NCBI GenBank assembly: GCA_051362555.1
Contig: CM120647.1
Span: 3,286,001 to 3,350,000, forward strand
From: Lingula anatina
Lineage: Eukaryota; Animalia; Brachiopoda
DNA: 64,000 bases
Reading direction: 5' to 3'
This document shows, piece by piece, positions 1 through 12,511 of this stretch. Each line of letters starts with the position of its first letter. Position 1 is the stretch's first letter. The translations under genes and the position numbers were made by a program. Below the pieces are notes generated by a model. The model saw only the letters and a list, made by a program, of their open reading frames with translations. It was not told the DNA's origin and ran no database searches.

Positions 1-75
1 TCTTTTAGCTCTAACACCCATCTATACCACATAATCCGCGAATTAACCAGCACACCGTAAATGTATTTACCACTG
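1..75. mobile_element. Fragment of a palindromic MITE (same family as 52363-52597)
   Basis: TCTTTTAGCTCTAACACCCAT..ACCAC matches 52384-52415 in the left arm of the fold-back element at 52.4 kb. Confidence 0.5.
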
Positions 76-79
76 CGCT

Positions 80-115
80 CTTCCATTTGGTTTCAAATTC
101 AACAAAACCAGCCTT

Positions 116-155
<40 letters not shown>

Positions 156-355
156 ATGCTGTAAAACACTTTTTTATCGGAGTCGTAAGCTCTCCTGACA
201 CATCTAATGACACTTTGCCCGGGCTAAGCACCGACCAATCTGCGTCCTAGGTACAGTTACAGTTTGCTTGAGTCCATCATATCACTAAATTTTTTATCTA
301 CCCTTCAGTACAAGTGATGGCCTTTAATTTTAAGTTTAAATAGCATGTCATCACT
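80..355 (+). repeat. Dispersed repeat with internal (TG)n, paralogous to 3228-3530
   Basis: Both copies read AACAAAACCAGCCTTCAG-(TG)n-TGCTGTAA...CCGGGCxAAGCACCGAxCAATC...AGGTACAGTTAxAGTTTGCTTGAGTCC...TTCAGTACAAGTGA. Confidence 0.75.
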
Positions 356-1637
356 GCCCATGACTTATCTAGTCAGTGAAATTTAATTTTCCTATACAAA
401 TATTTCATACATCTCTACATATATCTCAGAGAAATATTTTCAGTCCTTAATTTTGCTCTTCATTTATTGCAGTGGAATGAGCATCCGCCTGTGTTTGTAT
501 GCAGTAGTAAAGATTTTTACGGCAAGGGGCATTGAACGGGCAGAGAGCGACGAACGTGTTCTAGCTTGACGCCGGCGTTGCATATGGCCCACTTGATTTC
601 TGTATTTTGACCATGTCGTGTCGTAGACACATCTCATTAAAAATATTAATATGGCATTGGCGTCAGATGTAAGGTTTTAGTAAAACGTTATGTATCGTTG
701 GTCGGACATATTTTGTGCGCACTATTCCTGAAGTCTGTGGGCGCCTTTGTTATATGTGGCGAAGAACTCATCATCGATTCACGTAGACACATTATGAAAA
801 AATTAAATCAATTAAAAAGATAAATATATACCCAAATGAACAGAGTGAAATAAACTGCAGATGTTCTGTCAATCTTTTCTATTTATTAAGCACGTATTAA
901 ATAGGGCCTAGGAATCTTTAACATATGATTTGAATTTTAAAGTTTGTCCATATCAACCTTTTTTCGACAAACTATTACCAGATACACAATATTTCAAAGA
1001 GTTAATATGTATGACTTCTCCCTCAGTATTCCCCCTTCGTTACATTGTTTCCTGTATCTTTACTGTTATAATGATATACTCGGTCTTGATGTTACGTGTA
1101 AACATTGTTGAGTATCTGTGCTACTTTTAATACTACTAGTGCATGTTTACGCATCAAAAATACGTAGAAAAATAATTATATAAAGTAGATAAAAAACTAT
1201 TAATGTACGTAATTATAATATTAAAATGATCTTGATTCTTTCTCGTGTGTAATTTAAATGGGTTAAGTTTTAAATACGAATAAAACGGAAGTGAGCAAGC
1301 GCATTGTAGCCTGTGGTATCTATACTACCGTGAATTACTTTGTAGAACGAAAAGAGGCAAGAATCAAGATAGGGCGGATAAAGATGGTATGGGGACATAT
1401 TTTTGAAAAGCGACTGTGCGTGTCGCTCTTATAGGAACGTTGTCTTTGCCACAGGGTCTCTGACACAACCAGGCGTCTTTGGTCCTCTTACCTGCTGGAA
1501 TATTGTTTGTTGTTCAGAGAAGGCGAAGTCCAAGCGAAATTTACTCAGGACGCCATGACGGGAGGGAAAGAACTCGAAAGGTGGTCACGATCCTCATGGA
1601 AGAAGCATGGCATTCAACGCGTCCTGATCTAAGATGG

Positions 1638-2482
1638 ACAGCTTGTACCGCAATGAGCACGGCTTGTATCTGTGTACAGCTTGTACCGCAATGAGCACGG
1701 CTTGTATCTGTGTACAGCTTGTACCGCAGTGAGCACGGCTTGTATCTGTGTACAGCTTGTACCGCAGTGAGCACGGCTTGTATCTGTGTACAGCTTGTAC
1801 CGCAGTGAGCACGGCTTGTATCTGTGTACAGCTTGTACCGCAGTGAGCACGGCTTGTATCTGTGTACAGCTTGTACCGCAGTGAGCACGGCTTGTATCTG
1901 TGTACAGCTTGTACCGCAGTGAGCACGGCTTGTATCTGTGTACAGCTTGTACCGCAGTGAGCACGGCTTGTATCTGTGTACAGCTTGTACCGCAGTGAGC
2001 ACGGCTTGTATCTGTGTACAGCTTGTACCGCAGTGAGCACGGCTTGTATCTGTGTACAGCTTGTACCGCAGTGAGCACGGCTTGTATCTGTGTACAGCTT
2101 GTACCGCAATGAGCACGGCTTGTATCTGTGTACAGCTTGTACCGCAATGAGCACGGCTTGTATCTGTGTACAGCTTGTACCGCAATGAGCACGGCTTGTA
2201 TCTGTGTACAGCTTGTACCGCAATGAGCACGGCTTGTATCTGTGTACAGCTTGTACCGCAATGAGCACGGCTTGTATCTGTGTACAGCTTGTACCGCAAT
2301 GAGCACGGCTTGTATCTGTGTACAGCTTGTACCGCAGTGAGCACGGCTTGTATCTGTGTACAGCTTGTACCGCAGTGAGCACGGCTTGTATCTGTGTACA
2401 GCTTGTACCGCAATGAGCACGGCTTGTATCTGTGTACACCTTGTACCGCAATGAGCACGGCTTGTATCTGTGTACAGCTTGT
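1638..2482. repeat. 38-bp minisatellite, about 22 copies
   Basis: Unit ACAGCTTGTACCGCA(A/G)TGAGCACGGCTTGTATCTGTGT, contiguous with no spacers. It explains the three overlapping minus-strand repetitive ORFs. Confidence 0.97.
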
Positions 2483-2914
2483 TGGGGGATTTTCTCGTTA
2501 CTGGGACAAGTTCGGGAGCTCAAATTTTCTATAAAGATGGAGAATTAAGCAGTTGTGTTCTTATGTCAGGCTGTGTCCTTATGTTGGCGTTCCTGGTTAA
2601 TATACGCGAGGGTACGCTTCATCCATGTTGAAAGGTATCAATACACGTACTCAAGCACATCCGAAGCTCAATTTCCACAATTACCTCACACCTTTATCTG
2701 TTGTCATATTTGACCCCCCCCCCCCCCCACACACACACACACAACCCGCACCGCACACATCCCTCATAACACTGGATATTTTGTCGAAGGCTGGTTTCAT
2801 CACATTGCCTTTTAATCTACCGTACAGTATATATGTAAGTTTCACGACAATTACTCTTAAACGAAAATAGTTTTCCAACAGTACCCATGAATTATTATTT
2901 CATTACTTTAAGAA

Positions 2915-3263
2915 CATCTCACCCTCCCTGTCTCGCGTTACGTCTTCACTAACACAATTGGGTGATATTTGTAGAGTCGGTCACAATCATGGTTGAGACA
3001 GCATCAAAAGTCTGTGGTACATTTCTCTTATGAACAGATATTGTTACTTAAAATTTTCATAGTGGTAGATAGATTAGCAATAAATAAATAAGAGAAGGGG
3101 ATGAAAAAGAGTTCAAGGCTAATAAGAGTAGATTTGGCAGAGACATGAATAAAAATCGAAACAATTACTTCATTTCTAAGCTGGAGCTTCTGGTCAGACG
3201 AATGAACTGCACACAAAGATTATCTCTTTTCCATCTGGTTGTTAATAGAACAAAACCAGCCTT

Positions 3264-3318
<55 letters not shown>

Positions 3319-3775
3319 CGTGTGTGTTTGTGTGCGTGCGTGCATGCTGTAACACAGTTTCAGCGGAGTGATAAACTCTCCTGATAGGCCTACATGGGCT
3401 GACTCTTAACCCCCCCCCCGGGCGAAGCACCGAGCAATCCGCGACCCAGGTACAGTTAAAGTTTGCTTGAGTCCCTCATAACACTTTCTTTTTTTTTCAT
3501 CTAACGTTCAGTACAAGTGACGAGTCATGACTTATTACTCGAATAACATCTTTATTCCCCCAGCCCCGTCTCACGTTGTCTTCACTAACACAATTGGGTG
3601 GATTTTTGTGGAGGCCGTCACAATCATGGTTGAGACAGCATTTTAAACGAGAGACCGCAGCCTGAGGCACATTTTTCTTATGAACAAAGGTTGTTCACTT
3701 AAAATATTCTTCACAGTGGCAGACAGATTAGCTAAAAAAGAGGATGAAAAAGAGTTAAAGTTCAATAAGAGTAAA
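2915..3775 (+). repeat. Degenerate local duplication, A(2915-3130)-B(3228-3530)-A'(3545-3775)
   Basis: GTCTTCACTAACACAATTGGGTG...GTCACAATCATGGTTGAGACAGCAT...CTTATGAACA...AGATTAGC...GATGAAAAAGAGTT occurs twice, about 635 bp apart. Confidence 0.75.
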
Positions 3776-4730
3776 GTACGAGTATTCTCCAGTGTATGCC
3801 TTAGCGAATCTTTAATAAAAATGAAGTCTTTCGCCCTTGTTCGTTTTTTTTTTGTCTTTAACTTTTGATTCTGCAGTCGTAGCAAATTCGCTTTTCAAAC
3901 TTTCATGGCAAATAATTTAGTTGAATCTCTTTTTTTATTATTATTAAAAAATGTAATTTCTTTGGAAATTGTTACCTTCTGTTTCCAGTACGTGACCGGT
4001 TCGTCTTTTCACCCAGCCAACCACCCTTAATTTGGGATCTTCCTCTCATAGTAATGGGACGGATTTTCTTTCAGTTATTTAGAGGAAAACTATGTTATTT
4101 AGCTGGTAAAACTTGTACATAAAAGCATTAAATATATCATAGCAGTCGGGAGCTGGTTATACCGTCAACATCTTTTTACAGTTAATACATTTTAACTGAA
4201 TTACTAATATTTTCTTTTTTTTTTACGATCGTCAGTGCAGAACTATTATTGCCTCTGTAGCAGCCAGTTGAAAACCTTCAAAATGTTATTCTCTTAATTT
4301 TACAATAAAACATTAATTTTTGTAACCAAATTAGTTTTTTTCTTTCTTTTTAATTGAGGGTACCATTGGTGTGTGTGTGTGGGATGTGTGTGTGTGTGGG
4401 GGGGGGGGGGGGGGGAATTGATCACTGTTCATGGGAAATAAAATCATTAATTTACAAATCACAGTAAATAAAACTTGAATCATATCTCACTGATAATGCA
4501 AATTAAAATCTTGATAATCACGAATCACCGAGAAAAATACTTCGTTTCACAAAGGGCAAAGAATAAAAAGGTACATTCACGAGTCACGGGAATGGGGTGC
4601 TTCACAGATCACTGTAAATGATATGAACATTTCACGCATCACGGGGAAATAAAAAGTGGCTTACACAGGTAACTAATTCGAAAATACGTATACCCCATGG
4701 GACACATTATGTGAAAAAGTTTTAAAAAGC

Positions 4731-4762
<32 letters not shown>

Positions 4763-4765
<3 letters not shown>

Positions 4766-7700
4766 TAGAGGATCAGAGAGGCGATACCGCCTCCGGATAT
4801 TGTACCACCAGCTGGAGTAAGCGCATTCGAATGGACCCCCCCCCAAAAAAAAAAAGGGGCACCACCACCAGTCTTGTGCTTGACAAGCTGTATTAAATGC
4901 AATCAATAGGAATTCTCAAAATATGCAAAAAAAGAAAAAAACTAAAAATGGTACAATCAAAGTTCAGTTCACTGTAAAAAGTAGGTCAAAGGTCAATTTT
5001 AAGGTCACAGTAAATTGCCAGTATATGACTTCCTATTCAAGTTCAATGGTAACTATGGACCTATCTCTTCCAGTTTTGGAGATAAAAGAGAACCAAAATT
5101 TGCAAAGTTCAATTCATGATAAAAAGTAGGTCAAAGGTCAATTTCAAGGTCACAATAAATTGCCTCTAATGACTTCCTATTCAAATTCAATAGTAACTAT
5201 GGGTGTATCTTTGCCAGTTTTGAAAGTATAAACATTAAAAAAGTTGCAAAGTTCAGTTTATGGTGTAAAGTAGGTCAAAGGTCAATTTAAAGGTCACAGT
5301 AAAATTACCAGTACATGACTTCTTATTCAACTTCAATAGTACCTATGGACCTATCTCTGCCAGTTTTGGAGATAAAAAGGAAAGACAATTTGCAAAGTTC
5401 AGTTCATGGTGAAAAGTGGGTCAAAGGTCAATTTTAAGGTCACAGTAAATTGCCTCTAATGACTTTCTATTCAAATTCAATAGTAACTATGGGTGTATCT
5501 TTGCCAGTTTTGAAAGTATAAGCATTAAAAAAGTTGCAAAGTTCAGTTTATGGTGTAAAGTAGGTCAAAGGTCAATTTAAAGGTCACAGTAAAATTACCA
5601 GTATATGACTTCCTATTCAACTTCAATAGTACCTGAGGACCTATCTCTGCCAGTTTTGGAGATAAAAGGGAACGAAAATTTGCAAAGTTCAGTTCATTGT
5701 GAAAAGTAGATCAAAGGTCAATTTCAAGGTCACAGTTAAATTGCCAGTATGTGACTTCCTATTCAACTTCAATAGTACCTATGGACCTATCTCTGCCAGT
5801 TTTGGAGATAAAAAGAAACGAAAATTTGCAAAGTTCAGTTCATGGTGAATAGTAGGTCAAAGGTCAATTTTAAGGTCACAGTAAATTGCCTCTATTGACT
5901 TTCTATTCAAATTCAATAGTAACTATGGGTGTATCTTTGCCAGTTTTGGAGATAAAAGGGAACGAAAATTTGCAAAGTTCAATTCATGATGAAAAGTAGG
6001 TCAAAGGTCAATTTCAAGGTCACATTTAGATTGCCAGTATATGACTTCCTATTCAAGTTCAATAGTAACTATGGACCTATCTCTGCCAGTTTTGGAGAAA
6101 AAAGGGAACAAAAACTTGCAAAGTTCAGTTCATTGTGAAAAGTAGATCAAAGGTCAATTTCAAGGTCACAGTTAAATTGCCAGTATGTGACTTCCTATTC
6201 AACTTCATGGTGTTCAGTTCAGTTCATGGTGAAAAGTAGGTCAAAGGTCAATTTCAAGGTCACATTTAGATTGCCAGTATATGACTTCCTATTCATGTTC
6301 AATAGCAACTTTTTGCCAGTTTTGGAGATATAAGGGACTTAATGTTATAATTTTGGAGATACCATAATGTGCCATAAATTTCCTACAGAAGAAATTAATT
6401 AAAATAAAGAAAAGGTCATTTTGGTCAAAATTCTTGAAATGGGAGGTGCTCCGAAGTTCCAGATGTTCAAATTTGATGAAATAATGTCATTTTTGACCAC
6501 AAGTTGTCTGCTTTGCCAAGCCTTATGTTTTATTTTTCCGGAGTTCAAAATTCATTATCCATTACCGTACTGCACATTTTGCTTTCACCACCAATATGTA
6601 CTTTTTGATACAGCGTAACTTTGGAGATAAAAGTCAAGCAAAATTTGCAAAGTTCAGTTCATGGCGAAAAGTAGGTCAAAGGTCAATTTCAAGGTCACAT
6701 TTAGATTGCCAGTATATGACTTCCTATTCAAGTTCAATAGTAACTATGGACCTATCTCTGCCAGTTTTGGAGATAAAAGGGAAGCAAAATTTGCAAAGTT
6801 CAGTTCATGGTGAAAAGTAGGTCAAAGGTCAATTTTAAGGTCACATTTAGATTGCCAGTATATGACTTCCTATTCAAGTTCAATAGTAACTATGGACCTA
6901 TCTCTGCCAGTTTTGGAGATAAAAGGGAAGCAAAATTTGCAAAGTTCAGTTCATGGTGAAAAGTAGGTCAAAGGTCAATTTCAAGGTCACATATAGATTT
7001 CCAGTATATGACTTCCTATTCAAGTTCAATAGTAACTATGGACCTATCTCTGCCAGTTTTGGAGATAAAAGGGAAGCAAAATTTGCAAAGTTCAGTTCAT
7101 GGTGAAAAGTAGGTCAAAGGTCAATTTTAAGGTCACATTTAGATTGCCAGTATATGACTTTCTATTCAAGTTCAATAGTAACTATGGACCTATCTCTGCC
7201 AGTTTTGGAGATAAAAGGGAACGAAAATTTGCAAAGTTCAGTTCATTGTGAAAAGTAGATCAAAGGTCAATTTCAAGGTCACAGTTAAATTGCCAGTATG
7301 TGACTTCCTATTCAACTTCAATAGTACCTATGGACCTATCTCTGCCAGTTTTGGAGATAAAAAGAAACGAAAATTTGCAAAGTTCAGTTCATGGTGAATA
7401 GTAGGTCAAAGGTCAATTTTAAGGTCACAGTAAATTGCCTCTAATGACTTTCTATTCAAATTCAATAGTAACTTTGGGTGTATCTTTGCCAGTTTTGGAG
7501 ATAAAAGGGAACGAAAATTTGCAAAGTTCAATTCATGATGAAAAGTAGGTCAAAGATCAATTTCAAGGTCACATTTAGATTGCCAGTATATGACTTCCTA
7601 TTCAAGTTCAATAGTAACTATGGACCTATCTCTGCCAGTTTTGGAGATAAAAGGGAACAAAAACTTGCAAAGTTGTTCATTGTGAAAAGTAGATCAAAGG

Positions 7701-8833
7701 TCAATTTCAAGGTCACAGTTAAATTGCCAGTATGTGACTTCCTATTCAACTTCATGGTGAAAAGTAGGTCAAAGGTCAATTTCAAGGTCACATTTAGATT
7801 GCCAGTATATGACTTCCTATTCATGTTCAATAGCAACTTTTTGCCAGTTTTGGAGATATAAGGGACTAAATGTTATAATTTTGGAGTTACCATAATGTGC
7901 CATAAATTTCCAACAGAAAAAATTAATTAAAATAAAGAAAAGGTCATTTTGGTCAAAAGCTCTGAAGTGCTCTGAAGTTCCAGATGTTCAAATTTGATGA
8001 AATAATGTCATTTTTGACCACAAGTTGTCTGCTTTGCCAAGCCTTATGTTTTATTTTTCCGGAGTTCAAAATTTATTATCCATTACCGTACTGCACATTT
8101 TGCTTTCACCACCAATATGTACTTTTTAATACAGTGTAACTCTAAAGCCGTATGGAATACAAAAAAACCGAGACCACCTCCAGTGTTGGGCTTTACATGC
8201 TCTACAAAATGCAAATAAGAATGGGTCTCTAGCATTAACGGTTCCCGAATTAGAGACAGTTTTCAGTTTCGGTATCTTATGGCCTCTACTCCCGTGAAAA
8301 TGCACCGATTGACCCCAAATTCACAGAGATGAAAGATGACCTGAAGGGTAACACTTTCCAATAATATTATTGGTTAAGTCTGTGTGGTGTCTGAAAAACA
8401 GGGCAAATAATTTTTTTTTCGTAAAAAAATTAATTTTTTTGAAAATTTTGGCCTGTTTGACCTTGAAATAAAGGTCAAAGGTCAAATCCAAGGGCATATT
8501 TGAAATCTACACATATGACTTTTGGAAAGCCGTCTGTAGAACTTTTTCCCATAATTCCTTCCGTAGGGTAGATAATTAGCATTTAATTTTGCCATTTTTA
8601 GACAAGGGTACATTGCAATGAGTGCCACACCTAGACCCCAAAACCGACAAAGCCCAAATTTTACGTGGAACGAGTTGAGATTATAGGTGACCTAAATCCA
8701 AGAGATGGGTACGGGGGCCCTTACCGTCTAGGAGGAGAAGCGGTAACGGTAGCCGTCCGGCGGAGCCGGCGGAACGATCCGGACGGGACTAAAACCATGT
8801 GTACCGCCAGCGCTAACGCTGGTGGTACAATAA
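4763..8833 (-). mobile_element. Non-autonomous Helentron (HINE/DINE-1-like) element, family 1, copy 1, with internal satellite
   Basis: Subterminal inverted repeats TATTGTACCACCAGC (4798-4812) and GCTGGTGGTACAATA (8818-8832). Hairpin TGTACCGCCAGCG-CTAA-CGCTGGTGGTACA at the right end, next to a CCGG/CGGA microsatellite-like tract. Stem-loop GAGGCG-ATAC-CGCCTC (4778-4793) plus CTAG-TT terminus at the left end. A second full copy lies at 31085-34478. Confidence 0.85.
4960..7860. repeat. 146-bp satellite inside HINE-1 copy 1 (about 19 monomers in two blocks)
   Basis: GTAGGTCAAAGGTCAATTT recurs at 6671, 6817, 6963 and 7109 (146-bp period). The array is split by a non-satellite segment (~6340-6620) that is repeated at ~7865-8140. 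Confidence 0.95.
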
Positions 8834-9208
8834 TAGGGATTCTTATTTAAAGACATTTATGACGTCAGGCAAGAAGCCAGCACTTGACTTTTATTTACAA
8901 TAAATGAAGCACTTTAATAATTACTTTATTCCAATACATCAATATTTGACTTCTGATTTACGTTTAAAGTAAATTTCTTTTTTCTAAATTTATGTTATTA
9001 AACTTTTACATTTAATAGTTCTTAAAAGAAATAAACTATACATCGTACAAACATTTAAACATGTATTCTATGTAAGGATTATTAAAGATGTATATTTCGA
9101 AATAGAATGTATATTTTCTTTAATTAGACTTAAGAAATAAACATTACAATGTACAATACAATACAAATCACTTCTCACATACACATTTCTCAAAAACATA
9201 CGCATTCA

Positions 9209-9510
9209 CACATATCCATATACCCTACCATGCCACTTTATTGCGAGCTACATATATGTAACTACTGTACTGTATAACATAAATACATATCCGTATACCC
9301 TACCATGCCACTTTATTGCGAGCTACATATATGTAACTACTGTACTGTATAACATAAATACATATCCGTATACCCTACCATGCCACTTTATTGCGAGCTA
9401 CATATATGTAACTACTGTACTGTATAACATAAATACATATCCATATACCCTACCATGCCACTTTATTGCGAGCTACATATATGTAACTACTGTATGAAAT
9501 AAATACATAT
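9209..9510. repeat. 75-bp tandem repeat, 4 copies
   Basis: CATATCC(A/G)TATACCCTACCATGCCACTTTATTGCGAGCTAC... starts at 9211, 9286, 9361 and 9436. Confidence 0.95.
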
Positions 9511-9812
9511 AAAGACAAGCAAAGCATAATTTTTTAGTTCAGAAGGAATTCGATGTCACTGTAATACAGATGCCCTCCATTTTTTTTATTTTCTGTAAAT
9601 GTATTATTTTACCTGAGAAATTACAATATTTATTTACTTATCATCATTTCTGAAAATAATATCTGATGCGTAAATCTGAACACTGGCTTCCTTTTCTTCC
9701 CTTATCCAGTTTTTGAGTTTTTCACAACATCAAAGTTTACGATATGTATATATTATCTTTTATTTTTTAGAATTAAATGAATTAGACTTCACTTGATTTC
9801 GATTGACGAAAA

Positions 9813-11300
9813 GTTCAGTAGGTGTGCCAGACATCTAAGCTGCTTAATCTGAACTCAAATTTAGTGAGAATTCCCTCAGAGATGGGTCGATCCTGCTAGA
9901 TCGATCTAGGTCTGGGAATGGGTCTAAGTTAATCTATTGGTCAAGACTTGTATTTGATGAACTGAACCAGATTTGTCCTTGCTGTCATACTGATAGGAAG
10001 GTGGGCTCCCAGGCTGCTTTTCTGTTGATGAATCTGGAAAATTTTCACAATATTCTTTCAGAAGATACCCCTTGCTTTAATTGATCAATATGTCTTTAAA
10101 TAAAGATATTATTATACACTGTAAAAGACTATATCAAATACCCAAATGCAGGAATCATTTTAATAAGCAAAACATGATGCTTTTATATGTTGTCCACTAT
10201 GCAGATGATGGAACTGTTGCTGTTATAGGTCTTTAATTGTTTTGGTAAATAAATAAATAAAACCACAGGGAGCAGTTTTACCTCAGCTGTCAGCTGTGGC
10301 ACCATATGGTCTGGAGTATGTATGTTAACCTGATCTCCATGACAACAGGTACAGATGATCAACACTGATGTCCAGAGCCGCAGTAACCACCAACAATTTC
10401 TGGTCCTTGCTCACTACTTCCACAAGAAATGTGCAAAAATTCTGAAATGAAAAATCAACTAAAAAACAAATCTGACATTGATCTTAGATTTGCAGGGACT
10501 CTTGCTGAGTGCAAACAGCGTAAGTGAATGACATGGCTTCTCTTGTTTCTAACATACTTGCATAATCAGCAGCTGTTTTTTTATTCTATTCAATGCCTGC
10601 AGAGGCGCTTCAGTCAATTAAGCCGATTGCACTTTGCGAGAGTCCAGGCACAGAGTTGAATCACTCTACGTTGACCTATGGTGTCTGTGAGAGCCCATAG
10701 AAATCAGAATATATAGACACAAATACACACATCAAACAAATATCTTCTTCACTATATGAAGCAGATTCATCTATAGGCAAGAGAGGTGACACAAGAATTG
10801 TAAATTCTTTGAAAAAATCAGATATTTTCACCTCAACAGGTATGGTCTTTCTATAATAGAAATGAATTTTTGTTTTTCATTGTTCCAAATCTTATTTTTT
10901 GGTTTCTGGCCAGTCATCAATACTACTGTGTCTGTACTCTTTCAATATTTTAATCTATCAACTGAACACAACCATTCATTAACATTGGCAGTATGAGTAA
11001 ACCATCAACATATTTACATAAAACACAAATAGGTTATATAATATTGATTCATATAATATTAATTCATGTAATAGGAGAAAATTTTATCTATTAGTACATC
11101 AACCTTTAGACATAGCAAATATTAAGACTGGGTTCCCACATACTTAGATCAATCTAACAGGATCAATCCATCTCCAAAGGGTTTCTCGCTCATTGCTTTC
11201 AGCTTAAGTTGCTTAATTAGATGTCTGACACACCTACTGAACCTGTTAAATGATAATTAATTACCCCCTAGCAGGTTCAGTAGGCATGACAGACATCTAG
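9813..11300. mobile_element. Two pieces of a fold-back MITE in inverted orientation (9813-9922 and 11130-11300)
   Basis: GTTCAGTAGGTGTGCCAGACATCT...TAGATCGATCTAGG..TGGGAA is inverted relative to TTCCCA...TAGATCAATCTA...AGATGTCTGACACACCTACTGAAC. 11219-11299 is itself a hairpin. A related element lies at 40013-40227. Confidence 0.55.
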
Positions 11301-11919
11301 TGAAATAATGTATATCATTTAGAAATTATGGTAATAACTCGGAAGTTAAGCCATTCTTTGGATCTTTTTCTATAACTGAAGACAATTTAAAGGCTGTGCA
11401 ATGGAATTGCCATTTTAAAGCAGGAATTCTTCTAAGCTAATTTCATAGTGATAAAAACAACAGGCAGTGCATATTGTTTTTACAAACTCATGACTCACCT
11501 ACATAAACACCTTACCAGTGTTGACATTATCTAGGTCTCTGAACTCTGTGCTAAAGAGGATCATCACACAGCCCTTCTTTATATCCACACAATGATACCT
11601 ACAGATTTTATATCAATTCTTGAATTAATCATTGTTTTCATTTAAATTAGTAAAAATAAATAAATAAATAAATGAGAAAAAAATAATAAATTTGGGAAAA
11701 TTATTCAACAATTTATTTATATATAATTTTTTTAATCATTATCAACTGCCTCAATCAATAAATGGAATAACTATTTCACAATTTTTCGGAAAGATCTCAT
11801 TTCTATACACTAACAATTAAAAATGTTTAGCTGACAGTGAGAAGTTATCAGTCTTACAGAGACAGTGAGAAGTTATCAGTCTTACAGAGACATTATGCAA
11901 TTTTGTATTTGCCTACTGC

Positions 11920-12345
11920 TTCCCATAATACAACAGTAATTGTTGATGTCCCAATGTTCAATGTCTTCCCATAATTAATACAACAGTAATTGTTGATGTC
12001 ACAATGTTCAATGTCTTCTCATAATACAACAGCAATTGTTGATGTCACAATGTTGAATGTCTTCCAATAATTAATACAACAGTAATTGTTGATGTCACAA
12101 TGTTCAATGTCTTCTCATAATACAACAGCAATTGTTGATGTCACAATGTTCAATGTCTTCCCATAATTAATACAACAGTAATTGTTGATGTCACAATGTT
12201 CAATGTCTTCCCATAATTAATACAACAGTAATTGTTGATGTCACAATGTTCAATGTCTTCTCATAATACAACAGCAATTGTTGATGTCACAATGTTGAAT
12301 GTCTTCCCACAATGCAACCAATATTGTTGATGTCACAATGTTCAG
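11920..12345. repeat. 46-bp minisatellite (some 50-bp variants), about 9 copies
   Basis: Unit CCCATAATACAACAGCAATTGTTGATGTCACAATGTTCAATGTCTT. The same family occurs at 15243-15665, 20148-20570, 25054-25476, 30266-30513 and, diverged, at 42660-43072. Confidence 0.93.
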
Positions 12346-12469
12346 TGTAAAAACCACCATATAATTTCCCAATGATGGCCATACTAAGAAATGCCTGCAA
12401 AACTGCATGAACAAAATAAATGGGTGAAACATTTCACATCCCCATGGACAGGACATTTGCCCTTCACAG

Positions 12470-12511
<42 letters not shown>

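Noticed and set aside
1638-2482. CRISPR-like array (38-bp repeats)
   Set aside because: The repeats are contiguous with no unique spacers, there are no cas genes and the context is eukaryotic.
1541-2523. Three long minus-strand ORFs (263-309 aa)
   Set aside because: They are translations of a stop-free 38-bp minisatellite; all three frames give the same cyclic peptide.
1090-2690. Solo LTR (TGTTAC...CCTCACA)
   Set aside because: No matching TSD, PBS/PPT or second copy could be found in the window.
4923-7861. Short ORFs in the 146-bp satellite (also 31733-31915)
   Set aside because: They are chance translations of satellite monomers.
9600-9790. Possible L1/Tx1 3' coding remnant on the minus strand
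   Set aside because: Too degenerate and AT-rich to support by eye.
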